The translations under genes were made by a program, and so were the position numbers. The notes below the pieces were generated by a model. That model saw only the letters and a program-made list of their open reading frames with translations. It was not told where the DNA came from and made no database searches. From an uncultured Porphyromonadaceae bacterium (GTDB lineage: Bacteria; Bacteroidota; Bacteroidia; Bacteroidales; Muribaculaceae), in NCBI GenBank assembly GCA_902495245.1, contig CABUWI010000006.1, positions 70,444 to 134,443 of the forward strand: a stretch of DNA of 64,000 nt. The letters run 5' to 3'. Below, one piece after another: positions 55,707 to 63,743 of this stretch (position 1 is its first letter; each line of letters opens with the position of its first letter).

Positions 55707-57155
55707 ATGCGATACGTTCCGGCTTTCATTCTTCTGTCATTGGTCGGCCTGACGGCATCGGCCCAGAGCGCCGTCGACGATTTCGAGAAGTTCCGCAGCG
55801 AGGTCATGGGCAGCTATGCCGGCTTCCGCAACGACATTCTCAGCGACTACGCCAAATTTCTTGACGGCATCTGGGAGGAACACGAGCGCTTTGCAGGCGA
55901 GAGCCGCAATGCGCGCCCCAAGCCCAAAGAGGCACCCGTGGCGCCCGCGCGCGAAACGCCGCCCGCGCCCGCGGCACTGCCCGCGCCCAAGCCTGAAGAA
56001 CGCAAGCCCGAACCCGCAGACAATACGCCCGCCCCGCTGCCGGACCTCAAACCGGCAGCCCGCGGGGGCGCGTCGGTCTCGTTCGATTTCTACGGTCTGC
56101 CGCTGCAAATCGACGAGCGCCGACTCATGCTCAACCGCCGCCTGGCCAACGGCTCTGACTTCGCCGCCCAGTGGCGACGACTGCTCAACGACCCCGCCGC
56201 GGCCGACATGACCGCACGTCTCGCCGACCTGGCCCGCCGACTGGGGCTGAACGACTATCTCACCTTCGAACTGGTGCGCCGCTACGTCAACGGCCGCTAT
56301 GCCGACTCCCACTCGACGACGCGCACCGCCCTTGCCCACTTCCTGCTCACGGCCATGGGCTTCGACGTGCGCCCCGCCCTGTCGGGCGACGACGGCGTAC
56401 TGCTCGTGCCGGTGAAACAGACCGTCTTCGGCCGCCCATACATGGTCATGAACGGCGAAAAATTCTATGTCTTCGCCGACTCTGACAACTTCGCGGCCTC
56501 AAACCGCATCTCAACCTGCAACATTCCGGAAAACACCGAGACCGGCCGCGCCATAGACATGCGCTTCACCCGCCCGCTGAATCTGCCCGAAAAGCCCTAC
56601 GAGTTCAACATCGAGGCCAACGGCCTGAAGCTCAGCGGCACCGTCAACGAAAACATCTATCCCCTGCTCTACCGCTATCCGCAGACCGACATGGCCGTCT
56701 ATGCCACATCGATCATTGACCCCGCGCTGCGCGCCCGTCTGGTCGAGCAGCTCAAGGCCCAGCTTGACGGCCGCCCCGGACTCGACGCCGTCAACACCCT
56801 GCTCGGGTTCACGCAAAACGCCTTCGACTATGCCTCCGACGAGGTTTCACACGGCTTTGAAAAGCCCTACTTCATCGAAGAATGGCTCTACTATCCCCAA
56901 AACGACTGCGAAGACCGCGCCGTGTTCTACACCTACATGCTCTGGAACGTGCTCGGCGTCGAAAACCAGCTGCTCACCTACCCCGGCCACGAAAGCTCGT
57001 CAGTCAGGCTCGACGAGCCGCTTAACGGCGACAATTATCAATTCGACGGCCGCACATTCTACATCTCCGACCCGACCTACATCGGCGCCACCACCGGCAT
57101 GTGCATGCCCGACTTCGTCTCCGAGTCCCCCGTAATCGAATTCCACTACAAATAA
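55707..57155 (+). CDS. secreted protein with Pro-rich linker and transglutaminase-like Cys-His-Asp core
   Basis: 482 aa with a signal peptide. It has a low-complexity segment PKPKEAPVAPARETPPAPAALPAPKPEERKPEP. The C-terminus NDCEDRAVFYTYMLWNVLGVENQLLTYPGHESSSV...FYISDPTY matches the C..RA..F....G.....V....GH....D transglutaminase-like protease pattern. Confidence 0.55.
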   Translation: MRYVPAFILLSLVGLTASAQSAVDDFEKFRSEVMGSYAGFRNDILSDYAKFLDGIWEEHERFAGESRNARPKPKEAPVAPARETPPAPAALPAPKPEERKPEPADNTPAPLPDLKPAARGGASVSFDFYGLPLQIDERRLMLNRRLANGSDFAAQWRRLLNDPAAADMTARLADLARRLGLNDYLTFELVRRYVNGRYADSHSTTRTALAHFLLTAMGFDVRPALSGDDGVLLVPVKQTVFGRPYMVMNGEKFYVFADSDNFAASNRISTCNIPENTETGRAIDMRFTRPLNLPEKPYEFNIEANGLKLSGTVNENIYPLLYRYPQTDMAVYATSIIDPALRARLVEQLKAQLDGRPGLDAVNTLLGFTQNAFDYASDEVSHGFEKPYFIEEWLYYPQNDCEDRAVFYTYMLWNVLGVENQLLTYPGHESSSVRLDEPLNGDNYQFDGRTFYISDPTYIGATTGMCMPDFVSESPVIEFHYK

Positions 57156-57171
57156 CGATATTTCATAATCA

Positions 57172-57200
57172 AGGCGGACGCACTGCTCGTGCGTCCGCCT
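57172..57200. terminator. bidirectional hairpin between convergent genes (GGACGCAC/GTGCGTCC family)
   Basis: A 12-bp stem pairs aggcggacgcac (57172-83) with gtgcgtccgcct (57189-57200), and the loop is tgctc. An A/T-rich sequence follows (gattatttatt). Confidence 0.65.
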
Positions 57201-57225
57201 GATTATTTATTCAACACCCCGGGGG

Positions 57226-58905
57226 TTATTTCACCGTGAGTTTGCGGCCGTTGTGAATATATATGCCGCGAACCGAGGGCTTTGAGACGAGGCGGCGGCC
57301 GTCGATTGTAAACCAGGCGCCATCAGCGGCGGCGGGTGCGGTTTCAATCGACTCTATGCCCGACTCTTCTTTTTCCTCTTCGGGGTCATATTTCGAGAAA
57401 GTGATTTTCTTGTCTGCCACGGTTGCCTTGAGCGCTCCCTCGCAGTTGAGCGGGGCCTCCATCTGGCGCCACTCCTTCTCGCCGGGCAGCATATACACGG
57501 GCGTAACCACATAGTTGCCGTCTTTCATGACGCCGGGCATGTTGACGTTGATAGTGCGATAACCGGCCGAGGCGGGAATGCTGCGGTTCTCGGTAAACGA
57601 CATGTGGCGCGTGGCGCCTGCGCCGCCGACAAAGGGCCTGATGCGCACGCCGATTTTGATGCCGCCGGGCATGTTTTCAAACGACTGGTTGATGAAACCG
57701 CCGCCAAACGTAACCTGCTCTCCGAAGCCTACAGTGGCGGGCGAAGCGGTGAACGACTCGGCGCATACCATCACATATTGTATCTGCGAGTCGGGCTGCA
57801 GTTTCTGAATGCCGATAATGGCGTCTTGTTCGTAGTTATAGCCGCCGTTGCCGCCGCCCACACCGGTTGCGGCGGGATTAAGAGCCGTCAGCGCGAAATA
57901 GCCGTCAGACACGCCGCTCCAGCCCCAGTTGAAGTGGAAGAAGCCGTCTTCGGCCCTGTAGCCGTCGCAAACGAACTCATGGCCGCCACCGGCTTTGGTC
58001 TTGCCGCTGTAAACCACCGGACGGCCCGCAGCCAGTTCGCCATAAATCAGGTCGGTCCAGTCGTCAAGGGTGTAGCGGTTGCGCTCGGCCATTCTCATAG
58101 CCTTGTCATATTTGAAATATCTCATCAGCGCCGTACCCACCGATGCGCTGGTCGCGCCGCTCTGGTTCGTATTATAGCCCATGTTGACGCTGACGCCTAT
58201 GGTGTACATCAGGGTGGCCACGGCGTCGATTTCGGCGTCGGTCGATGCCGACGAATATGTGTCGGTCATATTGGCCCAGTCGAACTCGGTTTTCGAGAAG
58301 TCGGCCGAGAGTTGCTGACCGCCGCGTTCCCAGTTATAGGAATACGAGCCTTCGCCGACATCGGGCCACTTGTGGAAGTTCATGACCTGAGCCATGGCCG
58401 TGGCCACGCAGCCGGTCATGCAGCGCTTGCCTGAAAGTTCGGGGCACTTGGCGTTATACGGAGCCATCTGGTTCCACTGCGACGTAATCATCGGCGCCAC
58501 GTCTACGCGCGACGCGGGCTCTTCGGCTTCGTCAGCCGCAGCCTCATCATAGGCCTGCGCGCCGGCATTGACGGCTGCCTCGATTTCGGCCGCGTAGAAT
58601 TCGAGCCACGCGGCCAGCGCGGGGTTGGCTTCGAGGTCAAAAGTGCCGCTCTCGGCATATCCGAGCAGCGGTGCGGCAACATCGTCTGAGGGCAGAATCA
58701 TATAGCCGCTCCCGGTCGAAAAGACGTAAAGATTCGGCAATTCGGCAATCGGTGTCAGCGCCTGACGCGTGCCGTCAACCGCCGCATGCTTGCGCAGTGC
58801 GCCTGACTTTCCGAGACGGGCAAGGGCCTCGGCCGGAGTGAGCTCGGCGGCATTGGCCGACGCGAGTCCGCACAGAGCCACGGCAAAGAGTGATAATTTT
58901 TTCAT
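57226..58905 (-). CDS. C10 family cysteine peptidase (streptopain-like) with Spi-inhibitor-like N-terminal region and T9SS C-terminal sorting domain
   Basis: 559 aa with a signal peptide. The prodomain pattern is LYVFSTGSGYMILPSDDVAAPLLGY. The catalytic Cys context is QWNQMAPYN..C..GCVATAMAQVMNFHKWP and the His context is GGHEFVCDGY..FHFNWGWSG. The C-terminus GAWFTIDGRRLVSKPSVRGIYIHNGRKLTVK is like a type A T9SS CTD. Confidence 0.85.
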   Translation of the reverse strand: MKKLSLFAVALCGLASANAAELTPAEALARLGKSGALRKHAAVDGTRQALTPIAELPNLYVFSTGSGYMILPSDDVAAPLLGYAESGTFDLEANPALAAWLEFYAAEIEAAVNAGAQAYDEAAADEAEEPASRVDVAPMITSQWNQMAPYNAKCPELSGKRCMTGCVATAMAQVMNFHKWPDVGEGSYSYNWERGGQQLSADFSKTEFDWANMTDTYSSASTDAEIDAVATLMYTIGVSVNMGYNTNQSGATSASVGTALMRYFKYDKAMRMAERNRYTLDDWTDLIYGELAAGRPVVYSGKTKAGGGHEFVCDGYRAEDGFFHFNWGWSGVSDGYFALTALNPAATGVGGGNGGYNYEQDAIIGIQKLQPDSQIQYVMVCAESFTASPATVGFGEQVTFGGGFINQSFENMPGGIKIGVRIRPFVGGAGATRHMSFTENRSIPASAGYRTINVNMPGVMKDGNYVVTPVYMLPGEKEWRQMEAPLNCEGALKATVADKKITFSKYDPEEEKEESGIESIETAPAAADGAWFTIDGRRLVSKPSVRGIYIHNGRKLTVK

Positions 58906-58952
58906 GGATTTTATGTAAAATTGGATTTTAATGTGAATCGATTTATAATCGG

Positions 58953-58960
58953 CAAAGTTA
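58953..58960 (-). promoter_or_regulatory. -7 box TAACTTTG upstream of the C10 peptidase gene
   Basis: The reverse complement of caaagtta is TAACTTTG. It lies 48 nt upstream of the ATG at 58905. Confidence 0.55.
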
Positions 58961-59020
58961 GCGAAAAAAACTTAAATTCACTTCCGACTCGCCGAGAAAA
59001 TTTCAAACAAAAGCTGAAAA

Positions 59021-59049
59021 AAGGGCGAACCCTCAGCGGATTCGCCCTT
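59021..59049 (-). terminator. intrinsic terminator of the 872-aa repeat-protein gene (bidirectional architecture)
   Basis: The stem pairs aagggcgaa (59021-29) with ttcgccctt (59041-49). It is flanked by an A-run on one side and a T-run on the other, so on the minus strand the hairpin is followed by TTTTTT. Confidence 0.75.
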
Positions 59050-59076
59050 CTTTTTATATCTGAATGCTGTCAGGAT

Positions 59077-61695
59077 TTATTTCACGACAACCTTTTTCGA
59101 GGTCTGTTTGCCGTTGACGCTGTAGGTTACGATATACATGCCTGCGGGAACGCTGATTGAGCGGCCGCTGCGAATCGAGCCCACGAGCTGGCCGGCGGCC
59201 GAGTAGACGGAGGCGCCGTCGCAGTCGCCGATCATCGAAATCGTGCCTGCATTGACAATGACGTCGGTGTCGCGCACCTCGGTAACCGACATCAGACCGC
59301 TGTTTTCATCGTAGCTGAAGGTGTACTTATGAATCGGCGTGGTCGGGCCTTCCTCCCAGCCCATGGCGATCAGATAATACTCCTGCTTCTTGCCTGCACG
59401 GGTGGCATCGAGCTCAGGCATCACGACGCGGGCGGCGTCAGTTACCAGAAGAGCTGTGTCATAGAACTGCTGGGTGATGAACTTATAAGTGTTCTCTTCA
59501 GGATTCTCCTCGTCGTTATACTGGTCGAGAATGATGGTGCGCATGTAGTTGAACATGTAGGGCGCCGAGTCGTCAGAGGGATAGATGTCAATCGTTGCGG
59601 TGTAGATTGTTCTGCCTCCCCATGCGGCCGAAGCTTCTTCGTCCTTCTCCATCGAAACAGGCTCGAACGTGAAGGTCAGGTCTTCGTTCGGCTCTGGTTT
59701 GGGCGTGGTGAAGCGCTGAACGGCAGTCTTCGTAACGACTTCGCCTTCGGTGTTGAAACCTACGGCATAGACCGTCCAGTCGCCGCCCCAGTAGAGATTG
59801 CTGATTTCACCCTTTTCAGCGAGGTCTTTAATCCAGACGTCCATCGACCCTTGTTCGCACTGCATCGGAATGAAGTCCTGCCATTTCGTACCATCAGTAA
59901 AGAGGCTCTCCAGGAATTTCCACCAGTCGATAATGCACTTTTCGGGAATAGCTTCGATGCCGCCTTTTTCTTCTATAATAGAGGTCGGGGTGATGTCGAC
60001 AAAGTAGTAGATGTCGTCGCTGGGCGGAGTAACTTTCAAGTGGGCGTTCATCGGCGAGATTTCGCTGATTTCGAGCTTGATTTCGGGCAGCGGTTCGGGA
60101 TATTGGCTCGTAACGAAATCGTAGCGGGTCAGTGTGGTGGTGGGTGCGCGGTCGGCGTCGAGACCCATCACGAAAATGCAATAGTCCGTATCGGCCACAA
60201 TCCGCTCGTAAGTGAACTCATGCTCGCCGCTCACGATCTCGTCGGCGCTCAGGCCATAAAGCAGCTCGCTGCTGATGAACTTCTTGTAGCTGTCCGACCC
60301 GGGAACGCTGAGGTCATATTTGTCGGCCACCGACTTGGCGACACACTGCGCAATGTAGGTGTCGTCGTTGGTCGTGCCTACCGTGGCCTTTACCACCACA
60401 CGCTCCGGACGGTTGGCCAAAGGCTCGACCGAATTCAGAGTTACCGTAAACGTGTTGGCCGACGGAACAGGGGCTGTCGTAGTGAACTCTTTGGTGGTAA
60501 CCGGAACGGTTACGTTGCCTTCGGCGTCGAGCGCGTAGGCGTAGACAACATATTTGGTGTCAGGCGAAAGAGGCTCATACATGAACTCGCGGGCCGAGAA
60601 TTCTTCAGCACCCTTTTTGCGATTTATCTCCATCATCTCCTGCCAGGTGGTATCGTCATACCATGCGGCAGCATTGGTCCATGCCTGAATCTGCTTCTCA
60701 ACAACGGCGTCTGCGCCGCCGTCAGCATCGAACGCAGCCTTGGTCTTCAGGTCATAGAAGTAGCCGAGCTCATCGTCAGAGGGCGTAATGCTGATGGTGG
60801 CGTCGGTCGTCTTGATGTCTTTTACTTCAAGGGCAATCGAGGCCGCAACCGGTGCGGGTGTTTCTTTCGCTACGAAATCATAGCGGGTCAAAGCGGTGGT
60901 TACGGCGCGGTCGGCGTCAAGGCCAAACACAAAGATGCAGTACTCGGTTTCGGGCACTTTGCGGTCAAAGACGAAGGTCTGCTCGCCGCTCACGATCTCG
61001 TCGGTGCTCAGGCCGTAAAGCAGTTTGTCGCTGATGAACTTCTTGTAGCTGTCCGAGCCGGGAACGCTGAGGTCATAGTCGTCGGCAACCGACTTGGCGA
61101 CGCACTGCACCGTATAATTATCCTCGTTGGTCGGCGTTACTTTGGCATTGACATTCAGGCGCCCGAACTTACCGGCCTCGATTGATGTGATGGTGATTGT
61201 GAACGTGTTGGCCGACGGAACCGGAGCAGCCGTAGTGAACTCTTTGGTGGTAACCGGAACGGTTACGTTGCCTTCGGCGTCGAGCGCATAGGCGTAGACA
61301 ACGTAGTCGGTAGCTGAAGAAAGAGGCTCATACAGGAACTCGCGGGCCGAGAATTCTTCAGCACCCTTTTTGCGATTCATTTCCATCATCTCCTGCCAGG
61401 TGGTATCGTCATACCATGCGGCAGCATTGGTCCATGCCTGAATCTGCTTTTCGACCACGGCGTCGGCACCGCCGGCGGCCTCAAACGCGGCTTTGGTCTT
61501 CATGTCATAAAAATAACCGAGGTCAGCGCTTGAAGGCGTGATGCTGATTGTGGCATCGGTCGTCTTGATGTCGCTTACCTCGATAGTGATTGAAGCGGCG
61601 TCCGGCGTGGTTTCCTGAGCCACAATCGGGGCGGTTGCTCCAACGAAAGCACATGCAAAGGCAACGGCTTTCACTGTGCGGTAAAATTTAACCAT
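59077..61695 (-). CDS. T9SS-sorted surface protein with three tandem ~250-aa repeat modules (function unknown)
   Basis: 872 aa with a signal peptide. Modules at aa ~34-284 and ~285-535 are near-identical in long stretches, and a third module (aa ~536-700) is diverged. The C-terminus ASVYSAAGQLVGSIRSGRSISVPAGMYIVTYSVNGKQTSKKVVVK looks like a T9SS CTD. Confidence 0.8.
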   Translation of the reverse strand: MVKFYRTVKAVAFACAFVGATAPIVAQETTPDAASITIEVSDIKTTDATISITPSSADLGYFYDMKTKAAFEAAGGADAVVEKQIQAWTNAAAWYDDTTWQEMMEMNRKKGAEEFSAREFLYEPLSSATDYVVYAYALDAEGNVTVPVTTKEFTTAAPVPSANTFTITITSIEAGKFGRLNVNAKVTPTNEDNYTVQCVAKSVADDYDLSVPGSDSYKKFISDKLLYGLSTDEIVSGEQTFVFDRKVPETEYCIFVFGLDADRAVTTALTRYDFVAKETPAPVAASIALEVKDIKTTDATISITPSDDELGYFYDLKTKAAFDADGGADAVVEKQIQAWTNAAAWYDDTTWQEMMEINRKKGAEEFSAREFMYEPLSPDTKYVVYAYALDAEGNVTVPVTTKEFTTTAPVPSANTFTVTLNSVEPLANRPERVVVKATVGTTNDDTYIAQCVAKSVADKYDLSVPGSDSYKKFISSELLYGLSADEIVSGEHEFTYERIVADTDYCIFVMGLDADRAPTTTLTRYDFVTSQYPEPLPEIKLEISEISPMNAHLKVTPPSDDIYYFVDITPTSIIEEKGGIEAIPEKCIIDWWKFLESLFTDGTKWQDFIPMQCEQGSMDVWIKDLAEKGEISNLYWGGDWTVYAVGFNTEGEVVTKTAVQRFTTPKPEPNEDLTFTFEPVSMEKDEEASAAWGGRTIYTATIDIYPSDDSAPYMFNYMRTIILDQYNDEENPEENTYKFITQQFYDTALLVTDAARVVMPELDATRAGKKQEYYLIAMGWEEGPTTPIHKYTFSYDENSGLMSVTEVRDTDVIVNAGTISMIGDCDGASVYSAAGQLVGSIRSGRSISVPAGMYIVTYSVNGKQTSKKVVVK
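60091..61596. repeat. intragenic tandem duplication, 2 x 753 nt
   Basis: The offset is exactly 753 nt. Identical runs are 60481-60534 = 61234-61287 (54 nt) and 60629-60696 = 61382-61449 (68 nt). The intervening segments are more diverged. Confidence 0.85.
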
Positions 61696-61957
61696 AGAAC
61701 TAAATTTTGGTTTATAAAAATGTGATTTGTGTCAAAAAACAATAGGCGTCTGTATTCGACCTGATTCTGTGGAAATTTGTCATCGCGACAGCCGCATATT
61801 CCGTCCGCATGCTATCGTTTAACCCGATTTCCCATCAAATTGCAAGTGAACTACGCGGCAAAGGTACGTATAATTTTTTACATTTTTTAGCCGTTATAGC
61901 CAAAAAAGAGAATTTTGACTCACTTTTTAACAATTCCTCTAATGTTTGCACACGAAT

Positions 61958-62025
61958 CGCCCGCTGTTTTCGCCTCATAATCAACTGATTTTTGGCGAAA
62001 ACGGCGGGCGGTCCATGAACCGCCC
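61958..62025 (-). terminator. two overlapping, mutually exclusive hairpins downstream of the 549-aa gene (probable terminator)
   Basis: The first hairpin pairs gggcggt (62006-12) with accgccc (62019-25). On the minus strand it is followed by gccgTTTTcgcc. It shares 62006-62010 with a 17-bp-stem hairpin that pairs cgcccgctgttttcgcc (61958-74) with ggcgaaaacggcgggcg (61994-62010), with one G-U pair. Confidence 0.5.
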
Positions 62026-62065
62026 CTACATCAGTGGACGGTAGATTCTATTGGCGCCGGAGCGT

Positions 62066-63715
62066 TTATTTCACGATAACCTTCTCGGCTTTTCCTCCGG
62101 TTACCTTTACGTAAACGCCGGGCACTGAAGGACGCCCTGACAGGCGCTCGCCCGAAAGATTATAGAATGTGGCGGCGGTGCCTGCGGCCGCAGCGACCTC
62201 ATTGATTGAACCCTCGTCCGCGCCGGGAAGCTTGATGTAGAATTTATGGTTGATGTTGCCGCGCGGCATGCCGAACTCAGGCATATAGAGGAAGATGGCG
62301 CCGCCGAGGAAGGTGATTTTACCCTCCTTGAGCGTGCCGAAACCTTCAAGCACAAACTCGTCGGTAAGGTCTGAGCCCATCTGCATGCTGAACCAGCCCT
62401 CGGAGAACATCATGACCTGACCATAGCCGAAGTCAGCGCCCAGCGGTGCGGCCTCGATATAGACCATATCGGGGTCGGTGGCGTCGACAACCGTGTAGTG
62501 GTGATGCTTGTGGCCGAGAACGTTCTCGTCTTTCACGAGATTGTCATAGTGGGTGTAGGCGGGACCGTAGAGGTCGACAAGGCGATAGCGGCCGGGAGTT
62601 GTGGTGCTTTCCTGAATGTCGACTTCATAGACGCACGGCGACACTTCGTCGTAATAGATGCTCGCCAGCACGTCTTCCGAATATTCGGCCTTGCCGATTG
62701 ATTTCCACTTATCGGCCTCGTCTTGCTGGCCGAAGCAGTAGAATGTGCCGGTGCCCATGATTTCGCCGTCGGCCGACATGGCGGCGAAAGCTACGGTGTT
62801 GATGCCGAATTCAGGCTCGACGCTGACCGAACCGTCTTTAGCCGGGGTGCCCTCGGCTTTGACTGTGTCATAAAGTGCGTCGTCCAGGCCTTCAAAATCG
62901 AGCATGCCCTTATAGACGGCATATTTCACTTCGGCGATGCCGGAGCCGGCTTTGTAGGTTATGGTAACCGGGCCGTCGGCACACATGTCGGTACCCTCGA
63001 CCTTGAAGGTGTAATCGGCGGCGCCGGGCAGTGCGACGCGGAACAGGCCTTCGAGATTCGATGCAAGGCACAGCCCCGTTTTCTGACCGTCGGTGTAAAG
63101 CGGGAAGTTGAGCATGAGGCTCTTTTTGGCAAATGTGATGCAGCCGCCGCGCATCTTGCCGCCGGCCATGCCCATCTCGATGGCGGTAGCCGTATCGAAG
63201 TAACCTTCGGCAATGTAGTAGCCGGCCATGTCGCCGGTATAAGCCGGGCAATATATCCCGTCGTCCATCAGGCCGAAGTTAACGCTTTTGATTTCGACAT
63301 ATTCCATCCACACCGCGGCCGGATTCTCGGCGTGGAGCAGAAAGTCGCAACATTCAAACGGCCCGTCAAAGTAGGGGCACTTGCCGTTGCCGTAGGGGTT
63401 TTCAACACGATAGAAACCCGGAGTCGACTTGCTTTCATATATCTCGACCTCCCAGGTCATAGAGGGCTCCCCGGCGTTGGTAATGATGTCGTCGGTATAT
63501 TTGCCCGTGCCCAGCAGGGTCCACTCTTCGTCTGTCGTGGCGTCTGAAGCAGAGTCGTCGCCCTCGGCGGCACGGCTTGCGGCGGCTTTCATGACTGAAT
63601 CTGCAATCTTCTTCTGCACGCGCAGGTCAAGCGGCATGCGGTGAGCGCTGCCTGCGGCAAAGGCCGACACTGTGGCGGCCGCGAAAAGGAGCAATAAGGT
63701 GTAAAATTTTTTCAT
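62066..63715 (-). CDS. T9SS-sorted surface protein with an internally duplicated beta-rich module (function unknown)
   Basis: 549 aa with a signal peptide. The duplicated motif is EEWTLLGTGKYTDD...WEVEIYESKSTPGFYRVENPYG (aa ~64-120) and DKWKSIGKAEYSED...YEVDIQESTTTPGRYRLVDLYG (aa ~337-395). The C-terminus ATFYNLSGERLSGRPSVPGVYVKVTGGKAEKVIVK is like a T9SS CTD. Confidence 0.75.
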   Translation of the reverse strand: MKKFYTLLLLFAAATVSAFAAGSAHRMPLDLRVQKKIADSVMKAAASRAAEGDDSASDATTDEEWTLLGTGKYTDDIITNAGEPSMTWEVEIYESKSTPGFYRVENPYGNGKCPYFDGPFECCDFLLHAENPAAVWMEYVEIKSVNFGLMDDGIYCPAYTGDMAGYYIAEGYFDTATAIEMGMAGGKMRGGCITFAKKSLMLNFPLYTDGQKTGLCLASNLEGLFRVALPGAADYTFKVEGTDMCADGPVTITYKAGSGIAEVKYAVYKGMLDFEGLDDALYDTVKAEGTPAKDGSVSVEPEFGINTVAFAAMSADGEIMGTGTFYCFGQQDEADKWKSIGKAEYSEDVLASIYYDEVSPCVYEVDIQESTTTPGRYRLVDLYGPAYTHYDNLVKDENVLGHKHHHYTVVDATDPDMVYIEAAPLGADFGYGQVMMFSEGWFSMQMGSDLTDEFVLEGFGTLKEGKITFLGGAIFLYMPEFGMPRGNINHKFYIKLPGADEGSINEVAAAAGTAATFYNLSGERLSGRPSVPGVYVKVTGGKAEKVIVK

Positions 63716-63743
63716 AAATAAACAGTTTGTTGGTTATTCGGCC

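Noticed and set aside
61696-62065. I considered a phase-variable invertible promoter (Bacteroidales-style) in the long spacer upstream of the 872-aa surface protein gene.
   Set aside because: The only inverted repeats I found enclose a 19-nt loop, far too small to carry a promoter. No site-specific recombinase gene is nearby.
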